A stretch of DNA of 64,000 bases from a bacterium (lineage in GTDB: Bacteria > DRYD01), in NCBI GenBank assembly GCA_039630415.1, contig JBCNVB010000011.1, positions 987 to 64,986 of the forward strand. The letters are read 5' to 3'. A program made the position numbers and the translations under genes. Positions 49,618 through 58,663 of this stretch are shown here, in pieces; within the stretch, counting starts at the first letter, position 1; every line of letters begins with the position of its first letter. The notes under the pieces are model-generated. The model did no database searches, was not told the DNA's origin, and saw only the letters and a program-made list of their open reading frames with translations.

Positions 49618-50039
49618 ATGAATATCCTTGGTATAGATTGGGGTAAAAAAAAATAGGGCTAGCCCTCGCTAATACGCAACTAAAAATAATCTCACCCCTT
49701 AAAACAATCCAAAATAACAAAAATACAATACAAGAAATAATTAAGATTATAAAAAACTACTCAATACAAAAAGTTATTATTGGTTTACCCCTGTATCCAG
49801 TCTCTAAACAATACAATCAACTATATAAACATATAAAATCTTTTTCTAAGCAACTAGAATTTGAATGCTTAAAAAACCTACAAAGACAGATACAAATAGA
49901 ATTTATAGAGGAGGAATATACCACTGAAATAGCAAAAATGTACTGCTCAAAAGCAAAAAAAGATAAGTTAGATATGTATGCAGCTACTATAATACTAAAA
50001 ACATACTTAGGAGGAGCGTATGGAGATATTAACTCATGA
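49618..50039 (+). pseudogene. ruvX: YqgF/RuvX (putative pre-16S rRNA nuclease) interrupted by a frameshift at an A9 run
   Basis: ATG at 49618 gives MNILGIDWGKKK, then TAG at 49654-49656. Shifting -1 within A9 (49645-49653) continues as IGLALANTQLKIISPLKTI...KVIIGLPLYPV...AATIILKTYLGGA to the TGA at 50037-50039, which matches the RuvX layout. Confidence 0.7.
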
Positions 50040-51141
50040 AATAGGATCTTTAGCTAAACCTTCTTGGAGAGTTAAACCTTTCAGAAATATACCCTTATCT
50101 GAGCAAGATTTACAAGAGGCAGTCAATTGGGCTAAAAAATTACAAATAACTCATGAAGTAGAGGAATTAATCGAAATACTTAAGAAAAACTTAAATAAGA
50201 TAGTTTCCAGTCAAGAAGAAAAACACAAAATAATCTACTATTCCTCACTATACGCTACCAGACTACTCGAAAACGTAGGATTGGACCTTGTGTATGACGG
50301 TGAGCAACATAGAAGCGAAATGTATGAATATCCAATAAAAAACATACAGGGGTTCGAGTTTAAAGGACATGTTCGTAGTTTTGACAATAAATACTACAAA
50401 AAAGCATCAATTATCTCTAAACCTAAGCTTATTAAACCGTATCACACCCAGGAAACAAGAGTAATTAAATCGTTCGCTAGAAAAAAATTGAAAATACCTA
50501 TAACTGGCCCGTATACTCTTGTTGATTGGTCTTTTGATGAATACTACTATAAATTTAACTTGTTGGAACTACAAGAGAAAAAATATAGAGAACAATTCCT
50601 TAAAGATATGTCTGGTATAATAAGGATGAATATAGAGGAAATAATACAAAATGGAGCTGATTTTATCCAAATAGATGAACCAGCAGCTACTACAAAAAAG
50701 GATGAAGTAGAACTATTTGTAAACACCATTGTTGATACGGTAAAGGGTCTTGAAAGTAAAGCTAATTTCTCTATCCACATATGTTTCTCTAATTATGAAC
50801 TACTTTTTCCAACAATATCCAAATTAGATGGGATAGTAAAAGAAATACATTTTGAGTATGCAAATAGAGATAGCTGGAAACTGGGTAAAAAAAATAGAAA
50901 AGGATATAAAATCTTAAATTACTTTAAGAATACTAATTTTATTGTAGGATTGGGTGTTATAGATGTTCACACTGATAGAATAGAAAGTATAGACTTAATT
51001 AGAGAAAGGGTTCTATATGCTCTAGATGTTGTTGGTCCTAGAGTGTATGTATCTCCTGATTGTGGACTTAGAACACGCTCTTGGGAAATCGCTTATCAAA
51101 AACTACATAATATGGTACAAGCTGTTAAAAGTATATTTTGA
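50020..51141 (+). CDS. Cobalamin-independent methionine synthase catalytic-domain (MetE C-terminal-like) protein
   Basis: HEIGSLAKPSW..., GPYTLVDWS, FIQIDEPA, HICFSNY, VSPDCGLRTR. Confidence 0.7.
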   Translation: MEILTHEIGSLAKPSWRVKPFRNIPLSEQDLQEAVNWAKKLQITHEVEELIEILKKNLNKIVSSQEEKHKIIYYSSLYATRLLENVGLDLVYDGEQHRSEMYEYPIKNIQGFEFKGHVRSFDNKYYKKASIISKPKLIKPYHTQETRVIKSFARKKLKIPITGPYTLVDWSFDEYYYKFNLLELQEKKYREQFLKDMSGIIRMNIEEIIQNGADFIQIDEPAATTKKDEVELFVNTIVDTVKGLESKANFSIHICFSNYELLFPTISKLDGIVKEIHFEYANRDSWKLGKKNRKGYKILNYFKNTNFIVGLGVIDVHTDRIESIDLIRERVLYALDVVGPRVYVSPDCGLRTRSWEIAYQKLHNMVQAVKSIF

Positions 51142-51142
51142 T

Positions 51143-51913
51143 ATGCCTTACCAATTATATGTTCTCAAATCCTGTATTTCAACTCAAGATGAGGTTAAAA
51201 AAAGAATAGAAATTTCTCAAAACGACTTAATTGCTGTACTTTCCGAAACTCAAACAAAAGGTAGAGGAACATATTCAAGACAATGGTTGTCTGATGTAGG
51301 AGGACTTTATCTATCTCTAAGTCATCCTATTATAGATCACTTTTTACCTCCATCTACTATATTCTCACTTATTGTTATAAAAACTTTGTATGAATCCACA
51401 TCAAATTCCTATCTTGCCAGATTACCTGTTGGTATTATATATCCCAATGATATTGTACTTGTGTATAAACAAAATTACTACAAACTAGGTGGTATATTAG
51501 TTGAAAATTACAAAAACATCTTGATAGTAGGTATAGGGTTGAATATAAATAACCGTGTCAAGGAATATAATTTCGAGCATAAAGCTATTAGCATAAAAGA
51601 ATATTATGAGATAACTGAAAATATTAGCCCTGATATTGAAGTAGAGGAACTTTCAAATAGGATACTTACAAATGTAGAAATCTTCTATCAGAATAAACCC
51701 ACTAGTTATGATCATTTACTTGAACTAATAAAATATGTAGATTTCACACCCAACCTTAAAAACATAAGTGTTATATATCAGTCAGATGAAAGGGAAACAG
51801 TTGAAAATTTTCAAACAATTGAAGTTAACTTTTTTTCAAGGCAAATAAAACTTAACAAAAACAATTCAACACTTTTGATTCAGTTTGAAAGGGTAAGGAG
51901 AATAATGTACTAG
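51143..51913 (+). CDS. birA: Biotin--protein ligase (BirA catalytic type, no N-terminal HTH)
   Basis: TQTKGRGTYSRQWLSDVGGLYLSL matches the GRGRxGRxW biotin ligase motif. The ATG at 51143 sits just after the metE-like stop. The upstream part of track ORF 51026 overlaps that gene and is rejected. Confidence 0.8.
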   Translation: MPYQLYVLKSCISTQDEVKKRIEISQNDLIAVLSETQTKGRGTYSRQWLSDVGGLYLSLSHPIIDHFLPPSTIFSLIVIKTLYESTSNSYLARLPVGIIYPNDIVLVYKQNYYKLGGILVENYKNILIVGIGLNINNRVKEYNFEHKAISIKEYYEITENISPDIEVEELSNRILTNVEIFYQNKPTSYDHLLELIKYVDFTPNLKNISVIYQSDERETVENFQTIEVNFFSRQIKLNKNNSTLLIQFERVRRIMY

Positions 51914-52632
51914 ATTTTGATAATTTCCCTTAACTTTTTCAGCGCTTTTGACTGTATACGGGATACATTAACTTGAATTGTATTTAGCTTTTTAGCTATT
52001 TCTTCTTGAGTTAGACCTTCAAAAAACTTGAGAGTTATAACGGTTTTTTCTAGTGGATCGAGCTTTGCTATAGCCTCTTGTAAAGAAAGCCTCCTATCTA
52101 TGTGCTCAGTTATGTTCTTTCCATCCCATATGATTTCATTTATAGGCTTATTATTCTCAACAACACTACTATCTATAGAAAGGATTTTATGCTTTGAGAA
52201 TTCCAAGTATTCTATTAGCTTTTCTCGGTCTAGATTTGTATATTCTTCAAGTTCTTTAAGAGTAGGTTTTCTATTAAGTTTTTGGGATAACTCTGCTATT
52301 TTTTGGTTGATAAGGTTGTAGTATTCGTATGTTTCTCTCGGTGGTCTTATTACACTATGTTGATCTCTGTAGTATCTCTTTATTTCTCCAACAATATATA
52401 ACGAAGCATAGTTAATAAAGTTATCTGATTTATTGAAATCGAAATTTTCAATAGCTTTTATTAGTCCTATTATGCCTATTTGAACAGAGTCTTCTTTATC
52501 ATAACTATTTGAGTTTTTGTATGCAAGATATTTAACATAAGGTATCATTAATTCAACTATTTTATTTCTATAGTATTTATCCTTAGTTACTTGGTATTTT
52601 TTCAGCAAAAGATATACTTCTTCTTTATTCAT
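51910..52632 (-). CDS. Sigma-70 family RNA polymerase sigma factor, group 3 (FliA/SigF-like)
   Basis: Region 2 (EDSVQIGIIGLIKAIENFD...YASLYIVGEIKRYYRD) and the region 4 HTH (LTQEEIAKKLNTIQVNVSRIQSKALKKLRE). Confidence 0.85.
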   Translation of the reverse strand: MNKEEVYLLLKKYQVTKDKYYRNKIVELMIPYVKYLAYKNSNSYDKEDSVQIGIIGLIKAIENFDFNKSDNFINYASLYIVGEIKRYYRDQHSVIRPPRETYEYYNLINQKIAELSQKLNRKPTLKELEEYTNLDREKLIEYLEFSKHKILSIDSSVVENNKPINEIIWDGKNITEHIDRRLSLQEAIAKLDPLEKTVITLKFFEGLTQEEIAKKLNTIQVNVSRIQSKALKKLREIIKI

Positions 52633-52654
52633 TAACTGGGATTGTACAGATTAA

Positions 52655-53962
52655 TTAAGGTTTATAACGATAGAGCATGCGTGGGAAGGGAATGGTTTCT
52701 CTTACATGATCTGTTTTACAAATCCACGAGACGAATCTTTCTATTCCAAGACCAAAGCCGCTATGGGGTGCACTACCGTATTTTCTTAGATCTAAATACC
52801 ATTGATATTCTTCCAAAGGTATTTTTTCTTCCTTTATTCGTTGTAAAAGGATATCGTAATTATCTTCTCTTTGACTACCTCCTACTATTTCTCCATATCC
52901 TTCTGGTGCTATTATATCCATGTTTAGGACAAAATCTGGGTTTTCGGGATCTAATTTCATATAGAAAGGTTTTATTGATTTAGGGTAGTGAGTTATTATA
53001 ACTGGTTTATCGAAATTTTCGGATATTGCTGTTTCTTCGGGAGCTCCAAAGTCTTCCCCAAATTTGAAATCTATACCTTTTTTCTTCAAGATTTCTACTG
53101 CTTGAGTATAGGTTATCCTATAGAAAGGAGGTGTAGCTTTTTCTAAAATAGATGTATCCCTTTCTAAAATTTGCAATTCATATTTATTATTTTGTAGTAT
53201 TTGAGATATGGTATAGTGGATCATGTTTTCTGCTAGTGTTATTATATCTTCGAGTGTGGCAAATGCTACTTCTGGTTCAACCATCCAAAATTCTATTAGA
53301 TGCCTTCTGGTTTTGCTTCTTTCTGCTCTAAAGGTTGGACCAAAACAATATACTTTGTTAAAGGCTAATGCTCCTGCTTCCTGGTATAACTGCCCACTTT
53401 GAGACAAGTACATTTTGTCTCCAAAGTAATCAACTTCAAATAGGGTGGTTGTTCCTTCGCAAGCTGATGGAGTTAAAATAGGACTGTCAAACTCTATAAA
53501 GCCTTCTCTATCTAAGAACTCTCTTATATATTTCTTTACACTGTTCCTTATTCTTAGAATAGCAAATTGTTTTCGACTTCTAACCCATAAGTGTCTGTGA
53601 TCTAGCAAAAAATCTATACCATGTTCCTTAGGAGTAATAGGATAATCCTGTGTTTGATGAATTATTTCCAAATTTTTCACATGAATCTCATAACCTATTT
53701 GTGATCTAGGGTCTTTCTTTAAAATACCGATAACTTTACATGTACTTTCTTGGGTGCATTTATCAAAGACTTCAAAAAGTTCAGGATTATCTACTACGCA
53801 TTGTATGAATCCTTTACCATCTCTAACTATTAAAAATCTTATTTTACCACTACTTCTCTTGTTCCATACCCATCCGTTTATGCTTACTAATTTATCTTCT
53901 AATTCGTGCCCTTTTATTCTTATTTGCTCCGTATTAGTACTTACTATTTGAGTTATGCTCAT
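52655..53962 (-). CDS. asnS: Asparaginyl-tRNA synthetase
   Basis: OB-fold N-terminus (VSINGWVWNKRSSGKIRFLIVRDG), class II motif 2 (FGPTFRAE) and motif 3 (SGFGLGIERF). Confidence 0.9.
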   Translation of the reverse strand: MSITQIVSTNTEQIRIKGHELEDKLVSINGWVWNKRSSGKIRFLIVRDGKGFIQCVVDNPELFEVFDKCTQESTCKVIGILKKDPRSQIGYEIHVKNLEIIHQTQDYPITPKEHGIDFLLDHRHLWVRSRKQFAILRIRNSVKKYIREFLDREGFIEFDSPILTPSACEGTTTLFEVDYFGDKMYLSQSGQLYQEAGALAFNKVYCFGPTFRAERSKTRRHLIEFWMVEPEVAFATLEDIITLAENMIHYTISQILQNNKYELQILERDTSILEKATPPFYRITYTQAVEILKKKGIDFKFGEDFGAPEETAISENFDKPVIITHYPKSIKPFYMKLDPENPDFVLNMDIIAPEGYGEIVGGSQREDNYDILLQRIKEEKIPLEEYQWYLDLRKYGSAPHSGFGLGIERFVSWICKTDHVRETIPFPRMLYRYKP

Positions 53963-53993
53963 AATTCCCTCTCCTTTTTGGATTGATTATCTG

Positions 53994-54476
53994 CTATTTA
54001 TTTTCTTTTTTCAGGAGTTCTAAAAGGTAAGAGTTTGACTGATAGATAATTTTATATGAATAGGAGCTAGCAATGTATTCTTGAAAGTTATTTTTTGAGG
54101 GGAAAAGGCTTATGATGAAAAATATACTCCACCAGAAAATGTATACTTTTATTAACGCTACTATACCTCCTAAAAGTTTATTTGTCATACTTAAAATTTC
54201 GCTTCCTTTCGAGTATAGTTCTATTCCATATCCTATTGCCATTGTAATAAAGCCTGTAATAAGGAACAATACTATACCTGTGATCACTTTTAAAAAATTC
54301 TTGTTCTGTATATTTATTATTGTTCCTAGGAATGAAGAAAAACTATCTGTAAACGTGTATGCTACTATTAGTGCTATTACTATTGCAACTATGTCTGTTA
54401 TCTCTGCTATTACACCTCTTTCATATCCTATCTTGAAAAGGGCTATAAAAGATAGAAGAACTATTAAATCTATCAT
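53994..54476 (-). CDS. cvpA: CvpA-family membrane protein
   Basis: 160 aa with four predicted TM helices. The N-terminus (DLIVLLSFIALFKIGYERGVIAEI) is typical of CvpA. Confidence 0.5.
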   Translation of the reverse strand: MIDLIVLLSFIALFKIGYERGVIAEITDIVAIVIALIVAYTFTDSFSSFLGTIINIQNKNFLKVITGIVLFLITGFITMAIGYGIELYSKGSEILSMTNKLLGGIVALIKVYIFWWSIFFIISLFPSKNNFQEYIASSYSYKIIYQSNSYLLELLKKENK

Positions 54477-54505
54477 TCTATACGATTTTCAATCCTAATC
54501 TAATG

Positions 54506-55864
54506 TTACTTAACTTTTAAAGCTTTATTTATCAGCGAGGATATTAAAACAGGATTAGATTTTTTCGAACATTTGCAAAGTACTATTTTGCTATTTTCAT
54601 AATTAGATAGTAGATAGAAAGAATTCTGCGTTTCTATGATAATGTTATTAGGTTTTTCTGTAAAGAAGTTTGAAAACATTTCAAGGTCTCTATATAGGGC
54701 TACTATTGCAGTGATACTAAATTCATCCAGATGTTTGTTTTGACTATACTCTAATTCTTCAGTTTCTAAATTTATAATATAAGTTTCTTCGATTGGTGGT
54801 ATATTTGAAAGCCTATTCATTATTTCCTGTACTGGCATTAATATGTTAACCTCCTTCTCTACTCCTTGATGTTTTCCCTGCATTTGTTCAATTTCTTGTA
54901 ATTGTTTTTGTATACTTTCCTGGTATTGTATATCTTCTGATGCTTGTATGACTTCATGTTGTTGTATGTTTTCTGATGGTGTAGTTTCTTCTGTTTGGGT
55001 AGTTTCTTCTATTTGAATAGTTTCATCTGTATGAATGGTTTCTTCTGTATGAATGGTTTCTTCTGTTTGAGTAGTTTCTTCTGTTTGAATGGTTTCTTCT
55101 GCTTGGGTAGTTTCTTCTATTTGAATAGTTTCTTCTGCTTGAGTAGTTTCTTCTGTTTGAATAGTTTCTTCTGTTTGGGTAACTTGTTCTAATTCTGTAA
55201 TTTGTTGTGATTGTATGATTTGTTCTAGTTCCTTTGTTTGTATATTTTCTTGTGTTTGTGTATCTTGGCTTTGTTGATATTCTTGGTCTATTTCTGTGAT
55301 TAATTCTTCTATTTCTTGTATTTGTTTTTCTATATCTTGTTGGGTATCTTGTATTTGTTGGTTATTTGTTTGATCAGAATCATCTATTTTTTTTTCCTCT
55401 TGTGATTGATTTTTCTCCAATTCTAGTTCCAATTTTACATCTTCGGGTCTATACTTTATGATTGATTCAAGTGTATCTAACAGATTATCTTCTTCTAGTT
55501 TTTTTCTTAGAAACATTGGTAGGTAGCTTAACAAATCTTCTTCTGTAAGTTGTATTAAATAGATTACTGCTTCAAGTTCTTTATACTCATCGAATAATGC
55601 TTCGACGATTATTCCGTTTTTGACTACTATTTTACCTGTATGACTTCCATGACTAAGTAGTAGTTCTATTTGATTAGCTTTAGGTTTGAGTTTTTCTATA
55701 GTTTTTATAAGGCTTTCTCTTTCCAAGTCAACAAAAGTACTGATGTTTTCTTGCTTTTTTGCTGTTTGAGTAAGTTTTTGCTTATCAGATACGGGTGGTT
55801 TAACATATTCTGGCTTTATGTAGAATTTTTCTCCTTTTGGATTTTTTTGTTCAAATCCTTCCAT
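54506..55864 (-). CDS. DUF4388(PATAN)-like N-domain + acidic Q/E/T repeat linker + Roadblock/LC7-like C-domain protein
   Basis: N-terminus HTGKIVVKNGIIVEALFDEYKELEAVIYLIQL (DUF4388-like). Central TEETIQ/TEETTQ hexapeptide array. The C-terminus (IINLETEELEYSQNKHLDEFSITAIVALYRDLEMF...) resembles Roadblock/MglB. Confidence 0.45.
   Translation of the reverse strand: MEGFEQKNPKGEKFYIKPEYVKPPVSDKQKLTQTAKKQENISTFVDLERESLIKTIEKLKPKANQIELLLSHGSHTGKIVVKNGIIVEALFDEYKELEAVIYLIQLTEEDLLSYLPMFLRKKLEEDNLLDTLESIIKYRPEDVKLELELEKNQSQEEKKIDDSDQTNNQQIQDTQQDIEKQIQEIEELITEIDQEYQQSQDTQTQENIQTKELEQIIQSQQITELEQVTQTEETIQTEETTQAEETIQIEETTQAEETIQTEETTQTEETIHTEETIHTDETIQIEETTQTEETTPSENIQQHEVIQASEDIQYQESIQKQLQEIEQMQGKHQGVEKEVNILMPVQEIMNRLSNIPPIEETYIINLETEELEYSQNKHLDEFSITAIVALYRDLEMFSNFFTEKPNNIIIETQNSFYLLSNYENSKIVLCKCSKKSNPVLISSLINKALKVK
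54980..55177 (-). repeat. 11 tandem copies of an 18-bp unit (plus-strand consensus GTAGTTTCTTCTGTTTGA), in frame inside the 54506-55864 gene
   Basis: I counted units at 54980, 54998, 55016 ... 55160, each differing by 0-4 nt. They encode (T/A/I)(E/D)ET(I/T)(Q/H/P). Degenerate copies flank both sides. Confidence 0.9.
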
Positions 55865-55904
55865 TGGTGTACTTTAGAATACCTCCTGGATTAGTGTTAG
55901 TGTT

Positions 55905-56288
55905 CTATTTTATTTCTACTTTTGCTCCTACTTCTTCTAATTTTTTCTTAATTTGTTGTGCTTCTTCTTTAGAAACACCTTCTTTTATTGGTTTTGGAAG
56001 ACTTTCTACGAAGTCTTTAGCTTCTTTAAGCTGCATGTTGGTTATTTCTCTTACGACTTTAAGAACGTTTAGTTTAGCGTTATCTGGGTAGCTTACGACT
56101 ATAACATCAAAGGTGGTTTTCTCTTCTTTTTCTTCTTGTTGAGCTGGTGCTGCAGTAGGTATTGCAGCAACTGCCATTGGAGCACTGGCTTGTACTCCAA
56201 ACTTATCTTCTATAGCTTTAATAAGTTCTACTAACTCTAGAACACTCATTTGGCTTATTGCTTCTACTATTTGTTCTTTTGTAACCAT
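55905..56288 (-). CDS. rplL: 50S ribosomal protein L7/L12
   Basis: [26 protein letters not shown]...[24 protein letters not shown]...[11 protein letters not shown]. Confidence 0.97.
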   Translation of the reverse strand: MVTKEQIVEAISQMSVLELVELIKAIEDKFGVQASAPMAVAAIPTAAPAQQEEKEEKTTFDVIVVSYPDNAKLNVLKVVREITNMQLKEAKDFVESLPKPIKEGVSKEEAQQIKKKLEEVGAKVEIK

Positions 56289-56304
56289 TTATTTTCTCCC
56301 TTTC

Positions 56305-56354
56305 CAAGCGTATTGCTTGTTCAGGGTACTTATATACCGCGCCCTAAACGCGGT
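56305..56354 (-). other. Two small hairpins in the rplJ-rplL spacer
   Basis: ACCGCG (56336-56341) pairs with CGCGGT (56349-56354) across a 7-nt loop, 5 nt after the rplJ stop. CAAGC (56305-56309) pairs with GCTTG (56315-56319). No U-tract follows. Confidence 0.4.
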
Positions 56355-56358
56355 TATG

Positions 56359-56973
56359 TTATGATTTTTTATCTTTAACAGCTTGTAAAGCCCACAAAAG
56401 CTTTAGTATAATTGTATTTAGAGTACTTGCAAGCTTTGTTATAGGAGCTTTAAGTGTACCAGCTAATTGTGAGAGTAAAATCTCTCTGGAAGGAATTTTC
56501 GATAATTGCTTTATGTCGTTAGCTGTTACTACTTTGCCATCTAATATACCAAAAAGTATTTCTGGTATATCTTCTTTTGTATTCTTTTCTTTTTTTATAC
56601 TCGTTATGAATTCTTCTAGTTTTTTTGCTAGCACTATAGGATCGCTTGATGTGTAGTTTATAGCTATGGCTCCTCTTACTTTAGGTACTAGTTGGTTGTA
56701 TCCTTTTGTCTCTAGAGCTATCTTTAAAAGAGAGTTTTTAGCAACTTTTACATCTGCACCAACTTCTTCTAAACTTAAATTGTATTTTACAAATTCCCAT
56801 GCCTTAAGGCTTAAATTCGGTTTTTGATAGAGGACAAAGACAACTAAAGAAGATTTATCAAGAATATCAGTGATAGTTTTTAGTTTTTGTCTCTTTTGTT
56901 CATTTATTTTGGGTGTATAATTTGGTAGTACTTTGCGAGGTTTATCTACAAGTCCTGTAGAAGAATTGAACAT
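56359..56973 (-). CDS. rplJ: 50S ribosomal protein L10
   Basis: SSLVVFVLYQKPNLSLKAWEFVKYNL...VKVAKNSLLKIALE..., located directly upstream of rplL. At 204 aa it is somewhat longer than usual at the N-terminus. Confidence 0.85.
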   Translation of the reverse strand: MFNSSTGLVDKPRKVLPNYTPKINEQKRQKLKTITDILDKSSLVVFVLYQKPNLSLKAWEFVKYNLSLEEVGADVKVAKNSLLKIALETKGYNQLVPKVRGAIAINYTSSDPIVLAKKLEEFITSIKKEKNTKEDIPEILFGILDGKVVTANDIKQLSKIPSREILLSQLAGTLKAPITKLASTLNTIILKLLWALQAVKDKKS

Positions 56974-57094
56974 TACTTTACCACCCCTATCTTTTTAGTT
57001 ACCTAATTAAATATTTTTGACAATAAATATCTTTTACCTCCTTACTTCTAATTACAAAGGGAAAATATCAAAGAGAGAAAAATATATATCAGAA

Positions 57095-57424
57095 ATGGAT
57101 GACCAAACTTTTAAAATAAAACTAAAAGAGATAATAGAAGCATTTTCATCAGAAGATTTTGAATTAGCAATAAAAAAGGCGGAGGACTTTCAAAAAGAAT
57201 TACAAAACCAGGACGAAAAAATATTTGTAAAAAACATTATTAAAATAATCACTGCAGCAAATCTTGTCAACCAACAAAAGCTAGAGGAATCACTCCAAAT
57301 ACTCGAGTCATGCTACCTAGAACTAAAAAATTATAGCCCTACTTACAAAGGTCTAAAAGTAGAAAATTTACTTCAAAGTGTAAACCAATCCATAGCTGAT
57401 ATAAAAGCAATAATAAAGAAGTAA
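57095..57424 (+). CDS. Small helical hypothetical protein
   Basis: ORF in the same operon frame as cca (stop/start TAATG). The track start at 57017 is TTG, and the first ATG is at 57095. I recognise no motif. Confidence 0.35.
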   Translation: MDDQTFKIKLKEIIEAFSSEDFELAIKKAEDFQKELQNQDEKIFVKNIIKIITAANLVNQQKLEESLQILESCYLELKNYSPTYKGLKVENLLQSVNQSIADIKAIIKK

Positions 57425-58656
57425 TGAAAGATTTAGAAGAAATCCAAAAAAAAATTTTAAATTTCGTAGCTAAATACAAAATATCTGAACTCATAAACCT
57501 ACCCTATCTAGTAAACAAAGGGATTACCCCATACATAGTGGGAGGAGTTATTAGGGATACTTGCCTGAATCCTAAACAACAAGACAAAAAAAAATTAGAC
57601 ATAGATATAGTCCTATTAACTTTTGATCCACAAAAATACAAGGAATATATACTGAATTTACAAACAGAAAAGAAATATAAAATAGTCGAATTAGACAAAA
57701 AAAATCTGGTATACAGAGTCATTCCAACCTTACAAAATACAGCCTACGCTACCTATATAGATCTAACGTATACAACTAACCTACAAAAAGATTACTACCG
57801 TAGAGACTATACCATAAACTCTATTTACTATGACATAATTAATCAAAAAATTATCGATTTCGAAAAATGCTTAAAACATATATCCCGAAGAATATTAAAA
57901 TCTGTAAGGAATGGAAATATAATAGCTGATCCTATAAGAATCATAAGAGGAATAAGAATAAAAAATGAACTTAACTTAAAGTTTGATACCAAAACATATC
58001 AATATTTGAAAAAAAATTTTTTTCAAGTAACTAACACTAACCCAGTAAGGCTAAAGCAAGAAATCATAAAAACTTTCAACATACCTAAATCGTATAAAGC
58101 AGTTAAGGATCTTTTAGATCTTGGTTTCCTTGAAGTTTACAACATAAACCTAAGTACAAAAAAACAATTGGTAGAAATGATAAAGATTCTAGACATATGC
58201 TATGAAATATTCAAAGAAATTTTACAAAGAGAATATGAGTTCATTGTGAAGGATAAGAACTACTATGTATTACTACTTTTTTGTAGTTATCTTCTAAAAA
58301 ACTCTCAAGAATTTTATTCATCTCCCCTTAACATAATCATAGGAGAAAACATCGTTAGAAAAGCTACAAAGATTCTGAATGATTGGAATAAACGTCAAGA
58401 TCCAAAGTTTATTATAAATAACTTTAAGCACAAAAATAGTAGTCAACTCTTTGAAATGATCCTTATTAACCTTATTCTCAACTATAACAAACTTGATAAA
58501 CAAGAATTTATCTCAACTCTTGATGTTCTATTTAAAGTATGTAGATACGTATGTGAACTTAAAGAAACAGTAATATCATTTGAAAAATATGTTAATTTAT
58601 TTGGAGAAAAGGATTACGAAAAATATATAGACTATGTTATTTCTACCCTAGCTTAA
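57424..58656 (+). CDS. cca: tRNA nucleotidyltransferase / poly(A) polymerase family (CCA-adding enzyme)
   Basis: YIVGGVIRD, DIDIVL and RRDYTINSIYYD motifs of the class II nucleotidyltransferase head. Confidence 0.8.
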   Translation: MKDLEEIQKKILNFVAKYKISELINLPYLVNKGITPYIVGGVIRDTCLNPKQQDKKKLDIDIVLLTFDPQKYKEYILNLQTEKKYKIVELDKKNLVYRVIPTLQNTAYATYIDLTYTTNLQKDYYRRDYTINSIYYDIINQKIIDFEKCLKHISRRILKSVRNGNIIADPIRIIRGIRIKNELNLKFDTKTYQYLKKNFFQVTNTNPVRLKQEIIKTFNIPKSYKAVKDLLDLGFLEVYNINLSTKKQLVEMIKILDICYEIFKEILQREYEFIVKDKNYYVLLLFCSYLLKNSQEFYSSPLNIIIGENIVRKATKILNDWNKRQDPKFIINNFKHKNSSQLFEMILINLILNYNKLDKQEFISTLDVLFKVCRYVCELKETVISFEKYVNLFGEKDYEKYIDYVISTLA

Positions 58657-58663
58657 TCAAAAA

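Noticed and set aside
51026-51142. There is a 39-codon N-terminal extension of the birA ORF as listed in the track.
   Set aside because: It overlaps the 3' end of the MetE-like gene in another frame. The ATG at 51143, immediately after that gene's stop, gives a normal biotin-ligase N-terminus.
54995-55192. A plus-strand ORF reads FFCLNSFF... across the tandem repeat. The regular 18-bp spacing could also be mistaken for a CRISPR-like array.
   Set aside because: It is the reverse complement of the in-frame TEETxQ coding repeat. The units are contiguous with no unique spacers, and they are far shorter than CRISPR repeats.
57017-57022. The TTGACA at 57017 might be a -35 promoter box for the 57095 gene or for cca.
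   Set aside because: No acceptable -10 hexamer lies 16-18 nt downstream (only CCTTAC/CTTACT). It is also the TTG 'start' of the track ORF. There is too little evidence either way.
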